The notes below the pieces were generated by a model, which was not told where the DNA came from, made no database searches, and saw only the letters and a list, made by a program, of their open reading frames with translations. A stretch of DNA of 64,000 bases from an uncultured Candidatus Actinomarina sp. (GTDB taxonomy: Bacteria; Actinomycetota; Acidimicrobiia; Actinomarinales; Actinomarinaceae), in the NCBI GenBank assembly GCA_902635945.1, contig CACPPU010000001.1:211891-275890 (forward strand), written 5' to 3'. Of the stretch, positions 1-10,300 are shown piece by piece. How positions within the stretch are numbered: position 1 is the first letter of the stretch; every line of letters starts with the position of its first letter. The translations under genes and the position numbers were made by a program.

Positions 1-1286
1 TCAATTAAAAGTTCTGTAGCTGCTCCACCTTCAAGGGCTACTAAGACTCTTCTGAGAGCCCAAAGAGACTCAAGCTCTTTTGGAGATACAAGTCTTTGCT
101 CTTCTCTAGTTCCAGAAGGTGTAACATCAATAGCTGGAAATACTCTCTTATCAGCAAGCTGACGATCAAGACGTAACTCCATATTTCCTGTTCCTTTGAA
201 TTCTTCAAATATAACTTCATCCATCTTTGAACCAGTCTCTACAAGTGCAGTTCCAAGGATAGTTAAGCTTCCCCCACCTTCAATATTTCTTGCAGCACCA
301 AAGAATTGTTTTGGAGGAGTAAGCGCTGTTGAATCAACACCACCAGAGAGAATTCTACCACTAGCAGGAGTTGCTAAGTTGTGAGCTCTAGCTAAACGTG
401 TGATTGAGTCAAGAAGAATGACAACATCTCTTCCTTCCTCAACTAGTCTTTTAGCTCTTTCAATTGCTAACTTAGAAACTTGAGTGTGCTCATCAGGAGG
501 TCTGTCAAAAGTAGAAAATACCACTTCACCATCAACTGATCTCTGCATATCTGTTACTTCTTCTGGTCTCTCATCAACCAACACGACCATTAAATAAACC
601 TCTGGATTGTTGGTAGTTATTGAGTTTGCAATTTCTTTAAGAATTGTCGTTTTACCTGCTTTTGGCGGAGATACAATTAACCCTCTTTGTCCTTTGCCTA
701 TTGGTGCAATCAAATCAATTATTCTCGGAAGAATTTTTTCAGGCTTTCCATCCATTTCAAGTTTTAATCTCTCATCTGGAAAAAGAGGTGTTAATTTATT
801 AAAATCTACTCTTCTAGCAAGTAACTCCGGATCAGCATCGTTTACAGTGCTTGGCTCAATAAGCGCAGGATACTTTTCTTTTTGCCTTGGAGCTCTGATA
901 GGACCAGAGACCATATCGCCTTTGCGCATTCTATATTTCTTTATTAAGCCTGCAGCAACATATACATCTTCCTCACTTGGTTTGTAACCGTTACATCGAA
1001 GGAATCCATATCCTTCTGGAAGAATGTCAAGAATACCATCCCTGGTATCACCTTTTTTAATCTCACTGTCACCAGAGCTAACGACAGAAGGGCCGTCATC
1101 ACTGTCTGATTTGCTAATTACCTCAGCTACTTCAGTTTCCTCTACATCTAGTATTTCATCACTGTGCTCAACCAATAGATCTATAAGCTTTGCTTTCTGA
1201 AGCCCTTTATGCTCAATACCTAAACTCTCAGCTATTGACCTAAGGTCTGCTACAGGTTTTGATTGTAATTGTGATCTTGCGGACAT
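1..1286 (-). CDS. rho: Transcription termination factor Rho (first ~428 codons; C-terminus runs off the window start)
   Basis: Manual minus-strand translation from ATG (1286..1284): [24 protein letters not shown]..., GYGFLR, Walker [43 protein letters not shown] lies about 8 nt upstream. Plus-strand ORFs 196..384 and 607..987 are antisense shadows. Confidence 0.95.
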   Translation of the reverse strand, partial: MSARSQLQSKPVADLRSIAESLGIEHKGLQKAKLIDLLVEHSDEILDVEETEVAEVISKSDSDDGPSVVSSGDSEIKKGDTRDGILDILPEGYGFLRCNGYKPSEEDVYVAAGLIKKYRMRKGDMVSGPIRAPRQKEKYPALIEPSTVNDADPELLARRVDFNKLTPLFPDERLKLEMDGKPEKILPRIIDLIAPIGKGQRGLIVSPPKAGKTTILKEIANSITTNNPEVYLMVVLVDERPEEVTDMQRSVDGEVVFSTFDRPPDEHTQVSKLAIERAKRLVEEGRDVVILLDSITRLARAHNLATPASGRILSGGVDSTALTPPKQFFGAARNIEGGGSLTILGTALVETGSKMDEVIFEEFKGTGNMELRLDRQLADKRVFPAIDVTPSGTREEQRLVSPKELESLWALRRVLVALEGGAATELLI

Positions 1287-1387
1287 ATTTTTCTCCTATA
1301 TAAAATCAATTTTTTGGAAATGATTTGTGAATTGTTTGTCTGAAAGACAACTTAATTATATACATATTTTTGCTAAAAAGATAATTT

Positions 1388-2230
1388 TTAAAACTTTTTT
1401 GAAAAAGAATACGATACTGCAAAAACCATGCTTGTTAAGTAGTAAATCATTCCATAAATTGCTACTTCCGGCATTTCTAGCGCGAGTGAAATGCCTAAAA
1501 CAATTGGAAAATTTTGACATAAAGCCTCAATTTGTAATGTTTTTGCATCTGGTAAATCAATATTCGAAAAAGTTATCAATATTCTGCTAAAAATAAATAT
1601 CATAATTAAAGAACTAAATGAAACAAGTAATCCCTGTTGTATATTTTCTAAAATGTAAGATGCCAAATCAATTGGTGTCCAAATTGAAACAACAACAATT
1701 AAAATCTTCAAAAATACATCGAGAGGTTTGAAAATTAAATTTGTAAATTTATGAAATTTTACTTTAACTATCATACCAAACACAAAAGGAATCAAAACAA
1801 ACAGAAGTAACTGAATAAACGAAGTTGCTGGATCAAGGCTGAAATTGTTAGATCTTGATGTAATAACTGTAAGCCAAAAAACTATTGTTATTGGTGAAAT
1901 AAGCGATGCAAAAGAAGTCAAGAATACAGATAGCGGAACATTCCCACTTTTAATATGTGCTAGCAAGCCAGACACATGGCCCCCTGGAACAATCAAAACT
2001 ATAACTGCTGCAATTGCAAATACTGAACTACTAAAGAGTTCAGATATTAAAAGACCTATAAGTGGTAATAAAATTAGTTGAATGCAAAGGCCGTACAGTA
2101 AAGATTTTTTTTCTATAAAAATTCTTTTAAACTGTTCCAGATTGCTGCTTAATCCCAAAAAGTAAAATAAAACAGGAATAAATATAGTAACTATATTTAA
2201 AGGTAACGAATTATTTACTGCTTCCCCCAT
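1388..2230 (-). CDS. Bile acid:sodium symporter (SBF/BASS) family membrane transporter
   Basis: Polytopic membrane ORF. The motif LIVPGGHVSGLLAHIKSGNVPLSVFLTS resembles the SBF-family PGG..S...GN..LS signature. I prefer the ATG at 2230 (MGEAVNN) over the TTG at 2245. Confidence 0.6.
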   Translation of the reverse strand: MGEAVNNSLPLNIVTIFIPVLFYFLGLSSNLEQFKRIFIEKKSLLYGLCIQLILLPLIGLLISELFSSSVFAIAAVIVLIVPGGHVSGLLAHIKSGNVPLSVFLTSFASLISPITIVFWLTVITSRSNNFSLDPATSFIQLLLFVLIPFVFGMIVKVKFHKFTNLIFKPLDVFLKILIVVVSIWTPIDLASYILENIQQGLLVSFSSLIMIFIFSRILITFSNIDLPDAKTLQIEALCQNFPIVLGISLALEMPEVAIYGMIYYLTSMVFAVSYSFSKKF

Positions 2231-2294
2231 GAAATAAATATACAAATTTTTTTACAAAATGTATATAAGATCAATATAAAAATTGATTTTTGTA

Positions 2295-3728
2295 TTAATT
2301 ATTATCTTTAACTTTTATAAAAAATCCAACAATTAAAATTGCAACCATGTATCCAATAAGCATTAATGCAAAAGTTAGGGAAAAAGAGCCCATGCTCAAT
2401 AATTCCTGTTGAAGATTTGAGAATTCACTATCTGGAGAGACTATCAATATTCTTATAAACAGCCACAAACCAAGCAAAAAAGAAAGCATTGGAAAAATTT
2501 TGTAAAACCCTTTTGAATCCTTTAATGACTCAACTAGTTCATTTCCTCCACCTGGTAGAGCTTTAAGTAAAACTCCTTCAATGCACATTAAATAACTAAT
2601 TGCGGCAATAGCAGTCAAGACACTTGAGTTAAGAATATATGGGACAGATGTTAGGTAGAAAAATCCAAAACCAACCGCACTTAAAGAAATTGAAGAATAA
2701 AACTTTGGTGAAAGTGTACTAACAGGTCTTTCGCTTATTATGTAACTTGTCGCTATAAATCCAAAAATAAACCCAATAGGCATAGCAAAATATATAAAAG
2801 CAAGAGTTGAGACTAAAGCAAATAATATAGCTTGTGGCGCCCACTTAAATTTCACAGTTTGGTTAAGGAATTGGCTTTCAATAATACCCTCAATACCCTC
2901 ATAAAAGAAAGTAACTGACAGTAACCCAACAAAAGCTGCAATAAACACCGCTAAGTTTTCTAAATCAAGCACCAAAGATGCTCCCTCTTCAACATACCCG
3001 ATTAGAAATGCAGTCATAAATAAAGCAAAAAGTATCTTAATAAAGTTAACAACTCTAGATGTGCCAGAAACATCTCTCTCACTAAAGAAGAACTTTACCT
3101 TGTTTTCAGAGAGAACTTTGTTGAACCATTCCTGTACTAATAAAACTAAATAAAAAAGAATAACTATTGCAGTTGTGATGATAAAAGCAATACTATTTTT
3201 TTCCTGATCAGTTAAATCGATGTCTTCGAAGAGCGGTATGGAAGTTATAAGTTCGTTAGTAATTTCAATATCTAAAAAATTAGTACTTTCAACTATGGGA
3301 GGTGGAATTGTCGTAGTAGTTGTCGAGGTGGTGGTCGAAGAAGTAGTCGTAGTCTCAATCACCTTTGCTGTTAGAAGTGCAGAATTCTGATAAGTCTCTT
3401 TTACAAATTCAACGCACTTTACTGCATTACAGCTTTCATCTGTTTCATCAACGGCTTTAGTTATTTGAACAGTTAAGATAATCTTGACTTCATCTGGATA
3501 ACAACAGAGCTGCAATTCACCACTTTTGGAAGGTACTTGAAAAGCATAAATACTATCTAAATGTTGTATTTCTAAAAATATTTGATCATAATCTTCGTAC
3601 TGGATTAACCAAGAAACTTCAATACTTTCATCTTCTAGTCTGTCTACTTCGATTGAGATATTGTCTTCGTCGACAGTGCTAAATATTAGAAAAAAACAAC
3701 ATAGTGAGAAAATAATTTTTAATTTCAT
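2295..3728 (-). CDS. Unknown polytopic membrane protein: signal peptide, ~130 aa Cys-containing ectodomain, Thr/Ser-rich stalk, ~8 TM helices
   Basis: The 477 aa ORF has an N-terminal MKLKIIFSLCCFFLIFS signal and the stalk TTTTSSTTTSTTTTTIPPP, followed by repeated hydrophobic helices. Its start overlaps the TetR stop (ATGA at 3725..3728). I recognise no family. Confidence 0.6.
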   Translation of the reverse strand: MKLKIIFSLCCFFLIFSTVDEDNISIEVDRLEDESIEVSWLIQYEDYDQIFLEIQHLDSIYAFQVPSKSGELQLCCYPDEVKIILTVQITKAVDETDESCNAVKCVEFVKETYQNSALLTAKVIETTTTSSTTTSTTTTTIPPPIVESTNFLDIEITNELITSIPLFEDIDLTDQEKNSIAFIITTAIVILFYLVLLVQEWFNKVLSENKVKFFFSERDVSGTSRVVNFIKILFALFMTAFLIGYVEEGASLVLDLENLAVFIAAFVGLLSVTFFYEGIEGIIESQFLNQTVKFKWAPQAILFALVSTLAFIYFAMPIGFIFGFIATSYIISERPVSTLSPKFYSSISLSAVGFGFFYLTSVPYILNSSVLTAIAAISYLMCIEGVLLKALPGGGNELVESLKDSKGFYKIFPMLSFLLGLWLFIRILIVSPDSEFSNLQQELLSMGSFSLTFALMLIGYMVAILIVGFFIKVKDNN

Positions 3729-4366
3729 TGATTTCCTTGAACAGCAAGACCTTGCTCTAAAGCCAAAGATGTTTCATTAAGGAACCATTCATCTGTAAAT
3801 GATGACCAAAAACTAGATTCACTGCTAAATCGCATCCACATAAATAAGCAACCGTTAAAATTGCGAATGGTATTTAATGCCAATTTCTTTGCATCAATAG
3901 ATTGATGATCTTTAATGTAATCATTGCAAAGATTAAGGAGTACATCAAAAGGTTCATTAGATATCCAATTACCACTTGAAACTATTTCATTTATATTAAA
4001 GAACATGTAACGAGCAGCAGCTCCTAACTGTATAACTGCCTCAGCTTGCAATTCTATAAATTTATTAATTCTTAATTTAGGATCTTCAACAGACTTAAAA
4101 TATTCTACTAGTTCTTTCTCAACTTCTTGAAAGGCTGAATTAAATATAGCACCGTAAACATCAACCATATTATTTGGGAAATGATTGTAAGCAGTTGCTA
4201 CAGATGTGCCAGCATTTTTTGCAATCATTGAGACATTTATTTTTTTCTTATCTAAATCAGGATCTTGGAGTAGTATTATTGCACTATTTATTAATTTTAA
4301 TTGAGAATCATCATAAATTGTTTTTTGACGAGCAGACCTACCGTCAACTTTTTTTTCGTCTTTCAT
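3725..4366 (-). CDS. TetR-family transcriptional regulator
   Basis: N-terminal HTH SMIAKNAGTSVATAYNHFPNN in a ~210 aa all-helical protein. Its start is 5 nt after the giant gene's stop. Confidence 0.85.
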   Translation of the reverse strand: MKDEKKVDGRSARQKTIYDDSQLKLINSAIILLQDPDLDKKKINVSMIAKNAGTSVATAYNHFPNNMVDVYGAIFNSAFQEVEKELVEYFKSVEDPKLRINKFIELQAEAVIQLGAAARYMFFNINEIVSSGNWISNEPFDVLLNLCNDYIKDHQSIDAKKLALNTIRNFNGCLFMWMRFSSESSFWSSFTDEWFLNETSLALEQGLAVQGNQ

Positions 4367-4371
4367 TGTTT

Positions 4372-7300
4372 CTAACTTATTGCTTCTATTTTTGTAAGTA
4401 TACCTGAAACAATAAGTCTTTCTTTTGCTGAATATTTAGGATGGCATGTTGTTAAAGTTAAACGATCGTCTCCTCTATCAAACAAAACATACTCTCCACC
4501 TACAGCTTCAACAACATCAATGCTATCAACCTGATAATGGAAAGTTTTTGAATCAACTGTTAGTAGAACAGTATCTCCAATATTCACTGCATCCAAATCA
4601 CCAAAAGGTGCTCCATATGTAGTCCTATGTCCAGCAATTCCTACGTTTCCACCTGTCCCAGGTAATGCCGTGCTTGTATAGTGCCCAGGACCAAGCTCCA
4701 ATGTGTTTTCATTTGTTCCAGCTAAGACGTACTGTTGAACATTTATCGAAGAAATTTCAAGGTAACCAAATATCTGAGGTTCACCACCATCAGAAGTAAT
4801 GTTTTCTTCTGGAAGAACTTGTTCAATGAAGCTATCAAAGATTGGAGTGTCATTAAAAAGCTCCCTCAAATTTATAAAGCTACTTTCAGATGCAAAAACT
4901 TCTAAATTATTCTCAAAATTTTGATCTCCACTATAAATTGCTGCTAGCTTTTCTTGTGCTGCTTCTTGCTTAGAATTTGTTAGATACATCTCGTTAAATG
5001 CATAACCAGAAATCAATAAGCCTGAAAATATTAAAAGAATAGAAACCCCTGTTAATATTTTTGCAAAACCCCTATTGCTTTTTTTTAGTTTTGCCTTTTT
5101 TGATGTATCAGTATTGACTGCGACATTTTTGATTTGATTGTCTTCTAAAATCTCATCATTAAATTTAAATTCAATTTTATCTGATGCAATGAGTTGTAAT
5201 ATATTTTCTAATTCTGTCCTTGATATAGTTTCTTTTTTTGATGATTTTTCTTCAATATTTTGGACTGATGAGATAAGATTTAAGACTTCATTATTTAAAT
5301 TATCAATTATTTCATTTTGATTTTTTGAATAAAGACCCTTGTGTAAATATGGATTTACTTTATTAAAGTTTATGAGTACATCTACGCTTTCTTTAACTAA
5401 AAACTCAATTTTAGATTTTAGAACATAAATATTTTGATATAGTGAATCCATAGAATCTGAAGAAGGAACTTTAGTTATCAATCTTTTTTTTCTATATCTT
5501 GTAAAAAGAAATAACCCTGTAAAGAAGGATGCTATTCCTCCTATTCCAAAGTAATTTAAATTGAATCCTGTATTAGCAAGTACAGTTGGTGTTTCTCCTA
5601 ACTGATCTTCAATGTAGTAGTACTGAACCAAATAGTCTTTGTCTTCAACGTAATTATTATCGGTATCAAAATCCCATGCAACATAGTCATTACCTTCATC
5701 ATTTGTAAATGCAACATTGTCAGTATCAATTAACTCAACTTTCACATTTGATACAACCGCGTTACCACTCTCTGACGTACCTAATGCTTGGAGAGTGTGT
5801 ATGCCTGGTTCTAAGTTAGGAGTTGGAAGGCTGCCAACAATATTACCATTAGAGTCTGTTTGTAAAATTCCAACAAATGTTGGTTCAGAAAACATATATA
5901 CTTCAACAAAAGATTCTGGCTCAAATCCCGATGCTTCAATAGAAATCATTCCATCAAGCTCACCTTTAATAATTGCATCCGGTTGTGTAGAAATTTGTTC
6001 AATAACTTGTGGTGGCAAGAACGAGGCATTTGTTAAAGTTACCACTTCGTTAGACACTACTTCCTCTTCATCACAACCAATCGTACAAGTTAATCCAATT
6101 GATAAGGATACTTCATCATTTGATATCTGAACTTCAGATACATCTTCGATATCTACCTTTGTACTAGCATCCACTACATTGTTTACAAGAACACTTGATT
6201 TTTGAGTTAAAGCCTCTTCTATAGGGCCTAGCGTCGTTGGTGGACTTGAATCTTGTCCACCAACAACAAGTGATGAAATATCATCAGTGAGAGATAGCTC
6301 TCCTAATACTGTAGTCGTGGTTGTCGACACAGATAATTCATCACTTAATACTGGACCTCTTAAATTTTCAGAAACAGAGTCTGCTCTTAATACTGGAATT
6401 GTTGTGGTAGTAGTTGTCGCTTCTTTCAAACAGTTTGTTTTCTTTTTAAATTTTCCAACACTCTTATTTGAACCCAAAGCATCTGTAGTAGTTATTCTTG
6501 CCTTATATCTTGCACCTTCAGGAACACCAGAAATTGTGGTGATGGACACAGAAGAGCCGGCAGGAATATTGTATGTATTTTCAGTAACTTTTCTATTATT
6601 TACAAATATTTTTACTTTAAATACAGCAGAGACATTGGATCTTCTATTGTTCATGGACATACCATAATTAGCTCCACCGCCCTCTTGACAGTTTCTTTGA
6701 TTAAAAATTACTGGAAGAAACACATTAGGTGGTTCTTCTGGAATAGTAGTTGTAGTTGTAGTTGTTGTCGTAGTTGTTGTAGTAGTAGTAGTAGTTAATA
6801 CAGTTGATGTAGTTGTAGTTGTTTGTTCTACGATTATACATGAAACTTCAGAACTCGTTGACTGTGTTTCAGCAACCATATTCGTGTACACCCCGTCTGT
6901 AAATGAATCCGTAATTTGCCAAGTGATTGTAGATCCTTCAGGAACTGAAACTGTTAATGATGTATCTGTGGCAAATGAGGCAACTGTTAAATTAGCACTT
7001 AAAGTTGTATATGAACCGCTATCAATCTTATATTCAACCTTTACATAAATCGCAGCGCCCTCGCCACTAGTTATAGAGAGAGTGGAAATCTTGGCATCAT
7101 TAGCACAAGCGGCAAAAGAAGATGAGATGGTTGAAGCTGGATCACAGTCTACTGCATCAGAGGTAGATTGAGTTTCAGCAGACATGTTAGTAAAGTCACC
7201 GGAAGTAAAGCTGTCAGTTATTCTCCAGGTAATTGTTGAACCGTCTGCAACAACATATTGAGTAGCCGTGTTAGTACTATTTGCTGCAACTGAGAGATTA

Positions 7301-10300
7301 GATGTGTGAGTTGAGTATGAGCCACCGTCGACACTGTATTCGATTTTATAGTAAACAGTGTCTGAAGATTCTGTATTATTTATTGTTAATGTTGATATTT
7401 TAGAGCCACTAGCACAACTTCCAAACTCTGAAGAGAATGTAGAGTCAGGATCACAATCTGCCGCTGAGGATTCTGCTTGTGTTTCCTCACTCATATTTGT
7501 GAAATTATTTGAAGTAAAACTGTCTGTAATTTTCCACGTAATTGTTGAACCATGCGGTACTGATGCTGTAACAGACGTATCAGTAGCACCTATGGCTACA
7601 GAGACATTTCCATTTGCTGTTTGGTAAGAACCATCATCAACTTTGTATTCAACTTTATAATATGTAGTCAGACCAGTCAAAGTATGTGCTGTTCCACCTG
7701 AAGCGACAGCAGTTAAATCAATAGCTGTTCCAGCAAGAGCGTTTAAATTTGAGGTCGCAAGCTTGACTCTATTAGCTGTTCCAGATTTGATTATGTAATA
7801 AGTTGTTCCATCAGTTAAGTTTCCTTGTGCTCCGGAGCTGCCTTGTGTATAAATTACAGCATCACCTGTTGCAACTTTAGAATATTCTGAAGATGGTATA
7901 ACTATTTCATCAGTTGATGTAATTAAAACTGAAGAATCTGTTAAATCTAGGCTTCCTGTAGAAATTTCATTATTTGTAATACTCAAAGTCGCAGTTGCTG
8001 TTCCACTTGCACAAGAACCAAATGAATTAGAAAATACTGAGTTAGGATCACAATCTACTGCTGCAGTAGCAGCTTGTTGCTCATAAGATGCGCCAGAAAA
8101 GTTACCGTCTGTACTACTATCTTTGAACCTCCAAGTAATTGTAGATCCATGAGGAACTGAAGCAGACAAAGATGTATTTGTTACACCCTGTCCGACAGAA
8201 AGGTTTGAAGCAGCAGTTACATACGATCCACTATCAATTTTGTATTCAACTAAGTAATAAGCTGTAGCACTCGTATCATTTGTGATGCTAGCTGTATTAG
8301 TTTTTGCACCATTTGCACATGCACTAAATGATGAAGCAAATGTTGTAGCAACTGCACAGTCAACTGTAGAACTTTGTGTCTGTGTCTCCGCACTCATATT
8401 TGTAAAATTCCCAGAAGTAAAAGAGTCGGTTACTCTCCATGTAATTGTTGAACCATCAGCAACATTTTGAGAAACAGATGTATCAGTAGCTGCTGCAGAA
8501 ATTGATAAGTTAGCAGAAGCAGTTTGATAAGATCCATCGTCTATTTTGTACTCTACTTTTACATAAACTGTTGCACTCTCATTGTTTGTAATTTCAATTG
8601 TTGACGAACCTTGTGTTCCAGAACAAGCAATATCTGGCGGATTCTTAACTGTAATATTTGGATCACAATCTACAGCATCACTGGCGTCCATTGTCTCATC
8701 ACTCATGTTTGTAAAATCATTTGAAGTAAAGCTATCGGTTATTCTCCAAGTAATTGTTGAGCCATCAGGAACTGATGCTGTTTGTGATGTGTCCGTGCTG
8801 CTTCCACTTACTGATAAATTACCATTTGCGGTTTGAAATGAACCACTATCAATTTGGTACTCCACTTTGTAATAAACTGTTGCACTTTCAGTATTTTGAA
8901 TACTTAAGGTTGAAGTCTTTGCGCCAGCAGAACATGCACTTAATGATGTGGAGAGATTAGTTTCTGGGTCACAGTCTGCTGTGGCACCTGACTGGGTTTC
9001 TACACTCATATTTGTAAAATCAGCTGATGAAAAACTGTCTGTAATTCTCCAGGTTATAGTTTGCCCATCTGCTACCGAGGCAGTTTGTGAAGTATCGGTG
9101 CTTCCAGCAGTAACTGTAAGGTTCGCATTAGTGGTTTGATATGATCCACTATCAATTTTGTACTCAACTTTATAATATGCAGTTGCACCAGTCAAAGTAT
9201 GTGCAGTACCGCCAGAGGCAACCGCAGTTAAATCAATGGCTGTTCCGGCCATAGCGTTTGCATACGTTGTTGCTAGTTTTACTCTATTTGATGTACCAGA
9301 TTTAATTAAAAAGTACGTAGTACCGTCTGTTAAGTTTGTTTGAGCTCCAGAGCTACCTTGAGCATATGTTACTAGTTCACCGGTGACAGCTGTACCGTAG
9401 GCATCAGAAGAGACCACAATTTCTTCAGTTGAAGTAATTAGTACTGAAGAGCTTGTTAAATCAAGATTGCCTGATGCAAATTCATTATTTTTAATACTAA
9501 TAGTGGAGGTTTGTGCTCCACTAGAACAAGATCCAAATGAGGATGAAATAACTGATGACGGATCACAATCTACTGTTGCGCTTGCTGACATTGTTGTATA
9601 TGAATCTGTAAACGACCCACTTGTTGAAGAGGTTTTATATCTCCATGTTATAGCTTCGCCATGTGCTACGGAATGGGTCAGAGTCTCAGAACTGTTTGCA
9701 GAAACTGATTGGTTTGATGCCTTGTTAGTCCAACTACTTCCACCATCAGTTGAGTAATCAACGTAGAAATAGACAGCTACATTTGCAGAGGCGCTATTTA
9801 ACAATGTTAATGTATTTGTTCTTGCTCCAGCAGAACAGGTAGTAGTAAAGGTTTGCTCAGCACTTGGATCTACATTTTCACAATCTACAGTTGCAAGAAG
9901 AGTGCTTCCAGCTCCTGCACCATCTGTGTTTTGGGTTGTAATGTAAGAGCCTGAAGAAGGGTTAGATGTATCAAATCTAAATTGAAAATAAACTTCTGTA
10001 GTGTCTGCCTGTGCTGACCCTAGGGTGAATATGGTAAAAGCACCTGCAGTTATGGTACTTCCATCTGAAAGATCTGTCCATGTGCCTCCACTACCTATTT
10101 TGTACTGAACATCAACAACTTTAGTTTCATTTGTTCCATTAGTGATAGTTACTTTAGGTGTTGAACTTGTACCTGAACATGTTCCAGCGTCTACAGTGGC
10201 AGTTACGTATCCTGTTACACAATCAACTGTATTGGTAAGTGTGCTACCGCTACCAGCTGAGCTTGTGGTTGTAACATACGAACCTGAAGAAGGGTTAGAT

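Noticed and set aside
196-987. Plus-strand ORFs 196..384 and 607..987
   Set aside because: They are antisense to an unambiguous Rho coding sequence and have no motifs of their own.
2246-2294. AT-rich hairpin ATCAAT-ATAAAA-ATTGAT as a Rho-independent terminator after the membrane protein gene
   Set aside because: The stem is only 6 A/T-rich base pairs, with no following U-run in the minus-strand (transcribed) orientation. That is too weak to call.
6745-6795. The poly-Thr codon tract as a phase-variation (contingency) switch
   Set aside because: The unit is a trinucleotide, so slippage cannot change the reading frame. The codons are mixed (ACT/ACA/ACG), which reduces slippage. At most it allows linker-length variation.
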